64,000 bases of DNA, from assembly GCA_013626165.1 (NCBI GenBank), contig NDHX01000007.1:6560-70559 (forward strand), in the 5' to 3' direction. The translations under genes were made by a program, and so were the position numbers. The first letter of the stretch is position 1. Every line of letters starts with the position of its first letter. Positions 19,085-29,371 of the stretch are shown here, one piece after another. The stretch is from Candidatus Velesiimonas alkalicola (GTDB taxonomy: Bacteria; Omnitrophota; Gorgyraeia; Velesiimonadales; Velesiimonadaceae). Below the pieces are notes generated by a model. The model was not told the DNA's origin, searched no databases, and saw only the letters and a program-made list of their open reading frames with translations.

Positions 19085-20440
19085 CTAACTACCTGACGAC
19101 TCGCTGAGCAGGTTTTCAACAAAGTCTGTGGCAATCCTGCCTCGCACAAATGCCTGATTTGATAATATTATCTTATGAAAAGGGATTGTTGTTTTTATAG
19201 GTGTAATGATTGTTTCATCAAGTGCTCTGTGCATTGTCTTTATAGCATTTGGCCTGTTTTTCCCGTAGACAATAATTTTTGCAAGAAGTGAATCATAATA
19301 TGAGGGAATTGTATAACCACTATATATGTGGCTATCAACCCTTGTCTGTGGTCCGCCCGGAAGATATAGTTCTTGTATCTTACCCGGACAGGGGATAAAA
19401 TCTTTTGAAGGATCTTCTGCGTTTATCCTGCATTCTATTGCAGAACCCTGAAATTTTATATCCTCCTGTCTTGTTGTCAATTTTTCACCATAAGCAATAA
19501 GTATTTGTTCCTTCACTATATCAACCCCTGTCATAAGTTCTGTCACAGGATGTTCAACCTGAAGTCTTGTATTCATCTCCATAAAATAGAAATTGCCGTT
19601 TATATCAAGTAAAAATTCTAGTGTTCCAGCATTTACATATCCAACTATTTTTGCCCCTCTTACTGCTGCTTCACCCATTCTTTTTCTCAGTTTTGGATCC
19701 ATCGCAGGAGAAGGTGATTCTTCTAACAATTTCTGATATCTTCTCTGTACTGTGCAATCTCTTTCTCCAAGATGGACAACGTGCCCATATTTATCGGCAA
19801 GTATCTGAAATTCAATATGTCTGGGCTTCTCAACATACTTTTCAATATATACCGATGGATCGCCGAAAGCGGCCTCTGCCTCTGCCTGCGCTGTCATAAA
19901 TGCACTCACTAAACGGACATCATTGTGCGCAACACGCATTCCTCTTCCGCCGCCTCCGGCAGATGCTTTTATAATTACAGGATACCGTATTCTCTGGGCA
20001 ACCTTCAGTGCCTCGTCTTTATCTTTTACAATACATGAACTTCCGGGAATTACAAGAATACCTGCCCTGCGCATTGTTTCTTTTGCAAGCATCTTGTTAC
20101 CCATCACTTTTATGTTCTCAACAGTTGGCCCTATAAACACAATCCCGCAAGAGTTGCATATTTCTGCAAAGTGTGCATTTTCCGCAAGAAAGCCATAACC
20201 GGGATGTATTGCATCCACATCTGTTATTTCTGCTGCACTTATAATAGAAGCAATATTAAGATAACTGTACTTACTTGAAGCAGGACCTATACACACTGAT
20301 TCATTCGCAAGTCTTACATGTAAAGATTCTGTATCTGCATCAGAGTATACCGCAACCGTCTTTATCCCTAATTCTTTGCAGGCTCTTATTATTCTTACAG
20401 CGACCTCACCCCTGTTTGCAATAAGAATTTTATTAAACAT
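19085..20440 (-). CDS. accC: Biotin carboxylase
   Basis: [37 protein letters not shown]. Confidence 0.98.
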   Translation of the reverse strand: MFNKILIANRGEVAVRIIRACKELGIKTVAVYSDADTESLHVRLANESVCIGPASSKYSYLNIASIISAAEITDVDAIHPGYGFLAENAHFAEICNSCGIVFIGPTVENIKVMGNKMLAKETMRRAGILVIPGSSCIVKDKDEALKVAQRIRYPVIIKASAGGGGRGMRVAHNDVRLVSAFMTAQAEAEAAFGDPSVYIEKYVEKPRHIEFQILADKYGHVVHLGERDCTVQRRYQKLLEESPSPAMDPKLRKRMGEAAVRGAKIVGYVNAGTLEFLLDINGNFYFMEMNTRLQVEHPVTELMTGVDIVKEQILIAYGEKLTTRQEDIKFQGSAIECRINAEDPSKDFIPCPGKIQELYLPGGPQTRVDSHIYSGYTIPSYYDSLLAKIIVYGKNRPNAIKTMHRALDETIITPIKTTIPFHKIILSNQAFVRGRIATDFVENLLSESSGS

Positions 20441-20875
20441 TCAAGGTGTCTCTACAAGAAATAATGTCTGACCAAACTCTACGGGTTGAACATTTTCAAC
20501 AAGTATCTGTTTTATTTTTCCTTTCGTCTCAGATTTTATTTCATTCATAACCTTCATTGCTTCTATAACACATACAACCTGACCAACAGATATATCAGCA
20601 TTTATATCCACAAAAGGAGCGGCATCAAGAGCAGGGGCCCTATAAAATGTTCCTACCATAGGAGCCTTTATAGGTATAAGATTCTGTGGCGGTTCCTCCT
20701 TTTGTTGCGAAACCTGCTGTTCAACTGCCCTTGCAGAAATTCCAGTTGATACTAATGTTTTAGCTTCCCCGGATTTTTTAAGTCTTATCCTTTCACCTTC
20801 TGATTCTATTTCCAATTCAATAAGGCTATTTTGATTCATAAGTTCAATAAGTTTCTGTAGTTTTTCCTGTTCCAT
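20441..20875 (-). CDS. accB: Biotin carboxyl carrier protein
   Basis: PMVGTFYR, EAMKVMNE. Confidence 0.97.
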   Translation of the reverse strand: MEQEKLQKLIELMNQNSLIELEIESEGERIRLKKSGEAKTLVSTGISARAVEQQVSQQKEEPPQNLIPIKAPMVGTFYRAPALDAAPFVDINADISVGQVVCVIEAMKVMNEIKSETKGKIKQILVENVQPVEFGQTLFLVETP

Positions 20876-20903
20876 TTTTTCCCCCGGTTGCAGTGACAGG
20901 CAA

Positions 20904-20978
20904 CTGGTGCTCTGGTGCTCTGGTGCCTGGTGCTCTGGTGCTCTGGTGCCCTGGTGCCCTGTCGCCAGTCACCTTGTT
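20904..20978. repeat. Octamer array (CTGGTGCT)n with CCAGTCACC flank
   Basis: About 7 imperfect units between pilC and accB. Confidence 0.9.
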
Positions 20979-22208
20979 TTATCCACCACCTAATGCACCC
21001 ATTAACTGAACAAGTGGCATAAACATTGCAACAACTATAAATCCAACCACGCCACCCATACCTAAAATTAGAATTGGTTCAAGAAGAGATGTAAGCCCGG
21101 CAACAGTAGTATCAACATCATCTTCGTAACTGTCGGCAATTTTTCCGAGCATCTGATCAAGGGCACCTGTTTCTTCTCCGACCTCTATCATACTTACAAC
21201 AAGTAACGGAAAAATTTTCACCTTTGCCAGTGGCCTGGCAATGGTCTCGCCTTCACGGATATTGTCATGAACAACCCCAAGCCCTTTACTTACAACCTCA
21301 TTTGCAACCGTGTTTCGGACAATCTGAAGTGCCTGAAGTATTGGAACACCGCTTGTAATAAGTGTCGCCAATGTTCTTGCAAAACGAGCAATCACTATCT
21401 TTTGCAAAAGAACACCTATTATCGGAATGTGTAGTTTTAACATATCAATGTAATAATTGATAACAGGGATTTTTACCAAAACCTTAAGCAATATAACCAT
21501 CCCCACAATTCCGCATATGGCAAAATACCATCTCTCTCTTGCAAAATTACTTATGCTCATTAAAAACAGAGTAATCCCGGGCATCTGAACATCCATCTCT
21601 GTAAATATTGTCATAAATTGCGGAACAATAAAAGTTACAAGAAACCCAACAACAATAGTAGCCACACATATAACTGCTGCCGGATATATAAGTGCGGACT
21701 TAACCTTTGCAATAAGTTTCCCTGCCTTTTCTGCAAATTCAGCAAGTCTTTCTAATACAACCTCAAGAGAACCGCTAGCTTCGCCTGCTTTTACCATACT
21801 TACATACAGCCTAGGAAATACCTTTGGATAAAAGGTAAGAGCCTCAGAGAATGTACTTCCTGTTTCAACTTTTTCTACAAGTCCTGAAAGAACATTTTTT
21901 AATCCGCCCGGATTGCACTGGTCCCTTAAAACATTTAAACTTCTAACCAAGGGAAGCCCTGCATCAAGAAGTGTGGCCATCTGTCTTGTAAAAAGTGTAA
22001 CCTCCTTGGATTTAACACCTGCTCCAATCGTAATGTTTGCAAGTCCCTTGCCCCCGGCCCACCATTTTGTCTTTACCTTATTTATAGTTGTTGTATAAAG
22101 TCCTTTGTCTCTTAATTTATTTATAGCCTGTGCAACATTATCCGCATCAATTGTCCCTTGTGCAGCCTTCCCAGCTCTGTCTGCTGATTTATATGTAAAT
22201 GTAGGCAT
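20979..22208 (-). CDS. pilC: Type IV pilus platform protein PilC / T2SS F family
   Basis: FTRQMATLLDAG.PL, GE..G.L, SALIYP, LEPIL. Confidence 0.93.
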   Translation of the reverse strand: MPTFTYKSADRAGKAAQGTIDADNVAQAINKLRDKGLYTTTINKVKTKWWAGGKGLANITIGAGVKSKEVTLFTRQMATLLDAGLPLVRSLNVLRDQCNPGGLKNVLSGLVEKVETGSTFSEALTFYPKVFPRLYVSMVKAGEASGSLEVVLERLAEFAEKAGKLIAKVKSALIYPAAVICVATIVVGFLVTFIVPQFMTIFTEMDVQMPGITLFLMSISNFARERWYFAICGIVGMVILLKVLVKIPVINYYIDMLKLHIPIIGVLLQKIVIARFARTLATLITSGVPILQALQIVRNTVANEVVSKGLGVVHDNIREGETIARPLAKVKIFPLLVVSMIEVGEETGALDQMLGKIADSYEDDVDTTVAGLTSLLEPILILGMGGVVGFIVVAMFMPLVQLMGALGGG

Positions 22209-22238
22209 ACCTACCCCCTTGTTTCAGGCAACTGGCAA

Positions 22239-22272
22239 CAGAGCACCAGGCACCAGAGCACCAGAGCACCAG
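22239..22272. repeat. Octamer array (GCACCAGA)n
   Basis: 4 units between pilB and pilC. Confidence 0.85.
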
Positions 22273-22294
22273 TTGCCTATCACCAATTATTTAA

Positions 22295-24013
22295 TCATCC
22301 TGCTAGTTGTGTTTCTCTTATAATCTCTTCTACTGTTGTTGTCCCATCAAATATTTTCATAAGGCCATCCTCTCTGAGGGTGCGCATACCAAACGCTTGC
22401 GCAGCCTTTCGCAATTCAGATGTTGAAACCCTTTGTAGAATAAGTTCACGGATTGTATCATTTACAATAAAAAGTTCGCATATTGCAGTTCTTCCAAGAT
22501 AGCCGGTATTATTGCATCTTTCACATCCTGTGCCATAGTATAGTTTTTTCCCCTCTATATTTTTTCTTGTAAGTCCAAGTTCTTTTAATACATAATCATC
22601 AGCCGTATATTCTGTCCTGCAATGTTGACATATTTTACGCACTAATCTCTGAGCAAATATTGCTTCAATAGAAGATGTAATAAGGAAAGGCTCCACTTCC
22701 ATATCCATAAGACGGGTTATTGTACCCGGCGCATCGTTCGTATGAAGTGTTGAAAATACAAGATGTCCTGTAAGTGAGGCCTGTATAGCAATCTGTGCAG
22801 TTTCGGTATCACGAATTTCTCCTACCATTATAATATCAGGGTCCTGCCTTAAAAATGACCTTAAACAGGAAGCAAATGTAAGTTTTATTTTTGGTTTTAT
22901 CTGAACCTGTATAATACCGGGCATATCGTACTCAACAGGGTCCTCCGTTGTCAATATCTTTACCTCAACAGAGTTGACCTCTCTTAAACACGAATAAAGT
23001 GTTGTAGTTTTTCCACAGCCTGTTGGGCCTGTAGCAATTACAATCCCGTTTGGCTTGGCTATTATCTGTCTTAGTTTTAAGAGAACATCTGCCGGGAACC
23101 CAATCTGATTAAGATCAAGACTTACAACTGTCTTATCAAGGACTCTTAAAACCACACTTTCACCAAATACTGTCGGAAGCGTAGAAACACGAAAGTCTAT
23201 ATTTTTTTGCCCTATTCGCAGGGGCATATGACCATCCTGAGGAAGTCTTCTTTCTGCAATGTCCATATCTGCCATAACCTTTATACGGCATGTTACGGGG
23301 ATTGCAAGACGCTTGGGAGGGGGAACCATATCATAAAGAACACCATCTATACGATACCTTATCCTGAATTCGTCCTCAAAGGGCTCAAAATGTATGTCAC
23401 TTGCATGGTCTTTAACAGATTGTGATAATATCAGAGCTACAAGTTTAACAACCGGTGCCTGTGCAGCCATTTCCCGAAGGCTTGCGATATCCAGTTCTTC
23501 TTCTGCGGCGGCGGTTACTTCAGGAATTTCCTGTTCCATTGTAGCAATAAGATCGCTCATTGATTCTACCTCTGTCCCATAATATTTTTGTAAAGCTCTT
23601 ATGATAGAATCTTCCTTAGCAACCACACTTTTAACCTTACAATCCAACATAAATTGAAGGTCATCCATAATATTTATGTTCAATGGATCTGCTATTGCAA
23701 TGGCGAGGGTATTGTTTTCAAATCTTACCGGAATAATGTTATATATCTTTGCAACAGATGCCGAAATCTTATCTATAACATTTCTCTGAATTTCTAAATT
23801 ATCAAGGTCTACTGTTTCAATGCCCGCTTGAAACCCAAGGGCCTGAAGCACATCTTCTTCAGAAACAAATCCCAACTCAATAAGAACTCTTCCAAGAAAC
23901 TTTCCGGATGTTCTTTGTTCTTCAAGCGCCTGTTCCAGCTGTTTCTCTGTTACAAGTCCCGCCTCTTTTAGCATTCTCCCCAGCGGTCTATATATTCTTC
24001 TTTCTTCAACCAT
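22295..24013 (-). CDS. pilB: Type IV pilus assembly ATPase PilB
   Basis: MshEN-like N-terminus, ASDIHFEP, GPTGCGKTT, RQDPD...GEIRD, tetra-Cys motif. Confidence 0.93.
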   Translation of the reverse strand: MVEERRIYRPLGRMLKEAGLVTEKQLEQALEEQRTSGKFLGRVLIELGFVSEEDVLQALGFQAGIETVDLDNLEIQRNVIDKISASVAKIYNIIPVRFENNTLAIAIADPLNINIMDDLQFMLDCKVKSVVAKEDSIIRALQKYYGTEVESMSDLIATMEQEIPEVTAAAEEELDIASLREMAAQAPVVKLVALILSQSVKDHASDIHFEPFEDEFRIRYRIDGVLYDMVPPPKRLAIPVTCRIKVMADMDIAERRLPQDGHMPLRIGQKNIDFRVSTLPTVFGESVVLRVLDKTVVSLDLNQIGFPADVLLKLRQIIAKPNGIVIATGPTGCGKTTTLYSCLREVNSVEVKILTTEDPVEYDMPGIIQVQIKPKIKLTFASCLRSFLRQDPDIIMVGEIRDTETAQIAIQASLTGHLVFSTLHTNDAPGTITRLMDMEVEPFLITSSIEAIFAQRLVRKICQHCRTEYTADDYVLKELGLTRKNIEGKKLYYGTGCERCNNTGYLGRTAICELFIVNDTIRELILQRVSTSELRKAAQAFGMRTLREDGLMKIFDGTTTVEEIIRETQLAG

Positions 24014-24019
24014 ATATCA

Positions 24020-24191
<172 letters not shown>

Positions 24192-24200
<9 letters not shown>

Positions 24201-25271
24201 TTTTTTCTGCGATATTTCCTTTATCTTTGCCTGCATCTGCTCAGTGTCAAAACACTTTGTTATTGTCTCACCATATGAAATAATACCTCTTCCATATAAA
24301 TCAAAAAGATGTGCATCAAAGGTCTGCATGCCATATTTTGCGCCAGTCTGTATATCACTTGTAATTCTATATGTTTTTTTATCCCTTATCAAGGCCTGTA
24401 TTGAAGATGTGGTTATCATAATCTCAAAGGCTGCAACCCTTCCTTTGCCATCTGCTTTGGGAAGTAACTGTTGACATAATATCGCAAGAATACTGGTTGA
24501 AAGTTGTGTTCTTATCTGGTCCTGCTGGTGTGTAGGAAATACATCTATAATACGGTCAACTGTCTGTGCCGCACTTACAGTATGAAGTGTTGCCATAACA
24601 AGGTGACCTGTCTCTGCTGCCATAACAGCCGCTTCAATTGTGGCAAGATCCCTCATTTCACCAACAAGTACTACATCAGGATCCATACGAAGCGCCCTTA
24701 CAAGTCCCTCTTTGAAAGACGGAACATCTACCCCGAGTTCTCTCTGGGTAACAAGACCTTTTTTATGCGTATGGTAATATTCTATCGGATCTTCAATTGT
24801 AATGATATGACAGTCCCGTTCAACATTTATATAATCAAGCATCGTTGCAAGGGTTGTTGTTTTTCCACTTCCCGTAGGACCTGTTACAAGTATAAGTCCC
24901 CTCGGTTTATGTAGTATGTCTTTTATACCTGGTGGAATTCCAATCTGCTCAAAGGTAAGAAGTTTTTTAGGAATCATACGAAGTGCAACCCCAATTGTTC
25001 CTTTTTGTTTATGTATTGAAACACGAAATCTTGCAACATCCCCGAATGCAAAACCAAAGTCCATTCCTCCCTGTTCATGAAGTTTCTGCTGATGCTCCGG
25101 ACTTGTTATAGATTTCATCAATTCTTCTGTATCATCAGGTGTAAGCGACGCGCCAGAGACTCTATGTAATATACCATGTAGACGAAGTGTAGGCGGACTG
25201 TCCACAATCAGATGTATATCTGATGCACCCATATCCACACACATCTGAAGAATTTCACTTATATCTGGCAT
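24192..25271 (-). CDS. pilT: Type IV pilus retraction ATPase PilT
   Basis: ASDIHL, GPTGSGKTT, TIEDPIE, ALRMDPD..LVGEMRD, AAETGH; SD GGAGG before MPDISE. Confidence 0.96.
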
Positions 25272-25281
25272 AGACCTCCTT

Positions 25282-25367
25282 AGAGCACCAGAGCACCAGA
25301 GCACCAGAGCACCAGAGCACCAGTCGCCAGTCACCTGTCTTTACTACCTACTACCTACTACCTACTA
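25282..25367. repeat. Perfect (AGAGCACC)x5 array, CCAGTCACC linker, (TACTACC)x3
   Basis: Fills the pilB-pilT intergenic space. Confidence 0.92.
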
Positions 25368-25370
25368 TTT

Positions 25371-27068
25371 TTACGCTATATCCTGCTGTGTTATACGCAA
25401 AACTTCTGGCAGGGTTGTTATCCCTACAAGCACCTTTCTAAAACCATCTTCCCTGAGTGTTTTCATTCCTGCTTCTCTTGCCTTCATTTTTATAACATTG
25501 CTCGGAGATCTTTCAAATATCAGTTCTCTTATCTTATCATTCATTATCAGAAGTTCATATATACCTTTTCTTCCCCTGAAACCTGTTTGTGAACACTCAT
25601 TACATCCCCTGTCCTTATAAATTATCCTGCCTTCTAAATCAGACCTTTTCCAGCCTGCGGCTGCAAGTTCCTGGTCTGTTGGTTCATAAGGTTCTTTACA
25701 TTTTTCACATATGGTCCGGATAAGCCTTTGTGCAAGGACCGCCTGAACAGCAGAAGCAACAAGATACGGTTTTATACCCATATCAATTAAACGGGTTATG
25801 GCACTTGGCGCATCGTTTGTATGAAGTGTTGAAAATACAAGATGCCCCGTAAGTGCAGCCTGTATCCCAACACCAGCGGTCTCATAATCACGCATCTCTC
25901 CTACCATAATGACATCAGGCGCCTGACGCAACATAGCACGAAGTCCACTTGCAAATGTAAGCCCTATCTGTGGTTTTACATGAACCTGATTAATGCCTGT
26001 TATCTGGTATTCAACAGGGTCTTCTACTGTTATAAGTTTTCTGTTGGGCTTATTTATACTTGAAAGTGCGGCATAAAGAGTGGTTGTTTTCCCACTTCCC
26101 GTAGGACCTGTTACAAGAAGTATACCATTGGGTGATTCTATAATTTTTACAAACTTTTCAAGGTCTTCTTCCATAAAACCAAGTTCAGGAAGACTTTTCA
26201 TCATTCCGGTTTTGTCAAGTATTCTCATAACAATACTTTCGCCATGGATACCGGGTATATCAGACACACGAAGATCAAGCTGCCTTCCGGCAAATACAAT
26301 CATAATACGTCCGTCCTGTGGAAGCCTTCTTTCTGCAATATCCATACCTGCCATAAGCTTAATCCTTTGCAAAACAGAAGCCTGAAGCCTTCTGGGAGGT
26401 GCCGGAATCTCCTGTAACACACCATCTATCCTGAAACGGATACGCAACCTGTTTGAAAGAGGTTCTATATGAATATCAGAAGCTCTTGTCCTGAATGCTT
26501 CATGTATAAGAAGTGAAACAAGTTTAATAACAGGAGCTTCTTCTTCTTCAACAGAAACTGTTTTTTCCTCTTCTTTTATTAATGCGAGTTCCTGTTCGGT
26601 TAACCCCTGTATCATTGTATCAACTGTCTCTGATACCATTGGATAGTATACCCCAAGACATGTTTTCATATCATCTTCTGTTGACCGAACAACCTCTACA
26701 TTACATTTTAAAAGCATCCTCAGTTCATCTATCATTACAAGATTATCAGGATCAAATGTAGCAACTGTAAGAGTATTATTTTCAAACTGGACCGGTATAA
26801 TGCGATAGCGATGGGCAACCTGAGGTGTAATTATGCTTATAACATCAGCAGGTATTTTTAAATCAAGAAGAGAAATTGTCTGTGCCCCAAAATGTGCCGA
26901 TATTACTTTCAGAACTTCTTTTCTTGAAAGAAAACCCAGTTCAACAAGCACTTCTTCTATGGGACTGTCTTTTTCAGAATGTCCAAGCAACACCTTTTCT
27001 GATTGCTTTTTTGTTAATAACCCTAACTTGCGCAAAACATCACATAGTTCTTGCGCAGGCACAGTCAT
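25371..27068 (-). CDS. pilB: Second PilB/GspE family ATPase
   Basis: ASDIHIEP, GPTGSGKTT, RQAPD...GEMRD, tetra-Cys motif; SD GGAGGGG before MTVPAQ. Confidence 0.9.
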   Translation of the reverse strand: MTVPAQELCDVLRKLGLLTKKQSEKVLLGHSEKDSPIEEVLVELGFLSRKEVLKVISAHFGAQTISLLDLKIPADVISIITPQVAHRYRIIPVQFENNTLTVATFDPDNLVMIDELRMLLKCNVEVVRSTEDDMKTCLGVYYPMVSETVDTMIQGLTEQELALIKEEEKTVSVEEEEAPVIKLVSLLIHEAFRTRASDIHIEPLSNRLRIRFRIDGVLQEIPAPPRRLQASVLQRIKLMAGMDIAERRLPQDGRIMIVFAGRQLDLRVSDIPGIHGESIVMRILDKTGMMKSLPELGFMEEDLEKFVKIIESPNGILLVTGPTGSGKTTTLYAALSSINKPNRKLITVEDPVEYQITGINQVHVKPQIGLTFASGLRAMLRQAPDVIMVGEMRDYETAGVGIQAALTGHLVFSTLHTNDAPSAITRLIDMGIKPYLVASAVQAVLAQRLIRTICEKCKEPYEPTDQELAAAGWKRSDLEGRIIYKDRGCNECSQTGFRGRKGIYELLIMNDKIRELIFERSPSNVIKMKAREAGMKTLREDGFRKVLVGITTLPEVLRITQQDIA

Positions 27069-27092
27069 TTTCCCCTCCATTAAAAGGCTATA

Positions 27093-27162
27093 TGGGGTCA
27101 ACTCTATTTTCTTTTTTTAATAATACTACATTGGTTTTTTAGAGAAAATAGAGTTGACCCCA
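27093..27162. mobile_element. 70-bp palindromic MITE/REP-like element, copy 1
   Basis: 20-bp terminal inverted repeat TGGGGTCAACTCTATTTTCT; one mismatch to the copy at 53249-53318. Confidence 0.85.
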
Positions 27163-27180
27163 CTAAATGCCTGAATAAAC

Positions 27181-27543
27181 TTATCTTTTAAAAATAACCC
27201 AAAATCCCAACATAATAATTATTATTGAAACAATATAAAAATCATAATATCTTATAAAATCCATCATTTTGTTTTTTACCGAATATTTTAAAGATGACAG
27301 CACCTCTTCAATAGTTTCTTCACCTGTGAACATAACAGAATTTTTCATTTTTTTTGTGTTATAAATAATGGATTGTATTTTAAGTTTGTCAAAAATGTAA
27401 TCACCTTTTGCTACCTTGCGGGGTAAAAGTTTTTTACAGACCAGATCCCGAATAGTTTTTTCATCTGTATTAAAAATTTCTGCAACCTGATTTATATTAA
27501 AATATGAGTGTCTCATGCTTTCCCACTTTAAATAAGGTTTCAA
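27181..27543 (-). CDS. Small HTH (excisionase/MerR-like) protein with C-terminal TM helix
   Basis: FNINQVAEIFNTDEKTIRDLV..K.LP...YIF; hydrophobic C-terminus; alternative start 27516. Confidence 0.65.
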   Translation of the reverse strand: MKPYLKWESMRHSYFNINQVAEIFNTDEKTIRDLVCKKLLPRKVAKGDYIFDKLKIQSIIYNTKKMKNSVMFTGEETIEEVLSSLKYSVKNKMMDFIRYYDFYIVSIIIIMLGFWVIFKR

Positions 27544-28481
27544 GGTGTTGTAGAGTATTCTGTCATTTGTTCTAGTGCCTTAACCGTCATCCATAAAAAT
27601 TTATTTACAGGTGTAGGTAGATTAAATGGTACTGCATTTTGGACAACTGCACCGTTTATTGCATCAATCTCTGTTTTTCTTTTTGCTAAAATATCCTGCA
27701 GCATTGAAGATCTGTTCTGTGATGTAAGTTTTGCTGTGTCTTGTGTTTTTTCTGTCATATCAGGATATAAAAATTTTATACCAATTTTATCTCCAACACA
27801 AACTGTTTCTTGGACAGCAGTATCCATAATATCTGATGAATACTCTGACTCAAGAAGTTTTCCATTCGAAACTTTCAAGATAGCTGTTAATGCATTGATG
27901 CCTGTATTTATCGCAAGCTTTGTCCACAGTGTATCAGAAACCCTGCCTGTAATTTTGGCATCAAAACCAGCAGATTTTATAACATTAAGTATTTTTTTAA
28001 TTCTCTCGCCGGCTGCACTGCCTGTTTGTTTATAAAAATATCCGAAAATAGTTTCGCCTTTGCCTGCATACCTTATACAACCGTTTTTAAGAAAAGTAGA
28101 CCCCTCTGATGTTGTTCCTGCAAGCAGACTTTCTTTTTTGATAAATCTGCTCATACTTTCAGCATTGCCAATGCCATTCTGAAGTGTAAGAACAAATGCA
28201 GAGTCCAAACACGGCAACCAATATCTTATAGCCTGTTCTGTGCTGTATGATTTTACAGCAAGAATGACAAGTTCAAGGTCTTTTATCTTTGAGGGGTCAG
28301 ATGTTGAATGGACCTTCACCTGTTTTAAGCCCCCGATACCTTCAATATTTATATATTCTGAGGACAAAGCTTTCGCCCTTTCCTTCCTGTGGTCAAGCAG
28401 CCAGACATCCTGTCCTGCTCTTGAAAGAAATCCGGCAAAAAGGCAACCTATCGCACCCGGTCCAATTATTCCTATCTTCAT
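27540..28481 (-). CDS. panE: 2-dehydropantoate 2-reductase
   Basis: GPGAIG, AVKSY, LQNG, W.KL.IN..IN, SSMLQD...KTEIDAING. Confidence 0.95.
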   Translation of the reverse strand: MKIGIIGPGAIGCLFAGFLSRAGQDVWLLDHRKERAKALSSEYINIEGIGGLKQVKVHSTSDPSKIKDLELVILAVKSYSTEQAIRYWLPCLDSAFVLTLQNGIGNAESMSRFIKKESLLAGTTSEGSTFLKNGCIRYAGKGETIFGYFYKQTGSAAGERIKKILNVIKSAGFDAKITGRVSDTLWTKLAINTGINALTAILKVSNGKLLESEYSSDIMDTAVQETVCVGDKIGIKFLYPDMTEKTQDTAKLTSQNRSSMLQDILAKRKTEIDAINGAVVQNAVPFNLPTPVNKFLWMTVKALEQMTEYSTTP

Positions 28482-29371
28482 AACTTAGGTATTATTTTTA
28501 AGAAAAACGCCTCTAATGTCTCTCTCGGTTGTGTAACAAGAAATTGAAGGTCGGGGTTCTGAGATAAAACTAATTCTTTTATTTTATCCAAAGTTTGAGA
28601 AGATAATAAACCCGTTTGAATCTGTATTTTTGAAGAGTCTTTAAGAAGTTCCTGTATAGAACCTGTGGCACAAACCGACCCATTAAAAAGAATGGCAATC
28701 CTGTCACACACATCCTCTACATCTGCAAGAAGATGACTTGAAAGGAAAACTGTCTTTCCTCTGGAACGAAACTCTTTTATCAAATCTTTTATCTGATGGG
28801 TTCCCAGAGGGTCCATACCGGCGGTTGGTTCATCAAGTATAACAAGTTCCGGGTCATTTATAAGTGCCTGTGCCAAACACAGTCTTCTTGCCATACCTTT
28901 TGAATACTCGCCCAACGGTCTTTTTTTCGCTGCCCTCAGTCCCACAAGGTCTATAAGATATTCTATTCTTTTTTTTCGTTCATATGATGGGATGCCAAAA
29001 AGTTTCCCATAAAAATCAAGTGTTTCTTCTGTGTTTAAATATTTGTAAAGATATGATTCTTCGGGTTGATATCCTATCCGGTGCCTTATTCTTATATCCC
29101 TGGGATGATATCCCAAGATGGAAATTCTTCCCCCGGTCGGAAACAGAAGCCCCTGTATGCAGTGTATAATTGTTGTCTTACCTGAACCGTTTGGACCAAG
29201 AAGTCCAAAAACTTCTCCTTTTTGGACATTAAATGAAACATCCCGGACAGCGGCAACCCTTTCTCTGCGCCAGAAGTCTTTGAAGGTCTTTGTTAATCCG
29301 ATAACATCAATAACTGTGCCATTCTGTTGGACTTGTCTACTGACAGGAAGATCTGTTTTTTCGGTTGTCAA
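28478..29371 (-). CDS. ABC transporter ATP-binding protein
   Basis: GPNGSGKT, YSKGM, ILDEPT, SSH. Confidence 0.95.
   Translation of the reverse strand: MTTEKTDLPVSRQVQQNGTVIDVIGLTKTFKDFWRRERVAAVRDVSFNVQKGEVFGLLGPNGSGKTTIIHCIQGLLFPTGGRISILGYHPRDIRIRHRIGYQPEESYLYKYLNTEETLDFYGKLFGIPSYERKKRIEYLIDLVGLRAAKKRPLGEYSKGMARRLCLAQALINDPELVILDEPTAGMDPLGTHQIKDLIKEFRSRGKTVFLSSHLLADVEDVCDRIAILFNGSVCATGSIQELLKDSSKIQIQTGLLSSQTLDKIKELVLSQNPDLQFLVTQPRETLEAFFLKIIPKL

Noticed and set aside
25272-25334. N-terminal extensions WCSGALVL / APEHQSTR on pilT, rpsR, prs, the 54425 ORF, nagB and the 7707 ORF
   Set aside because: Read-through of the stop-free octamer repeat; better starts, mostly with clear SD sequences, lie downstream
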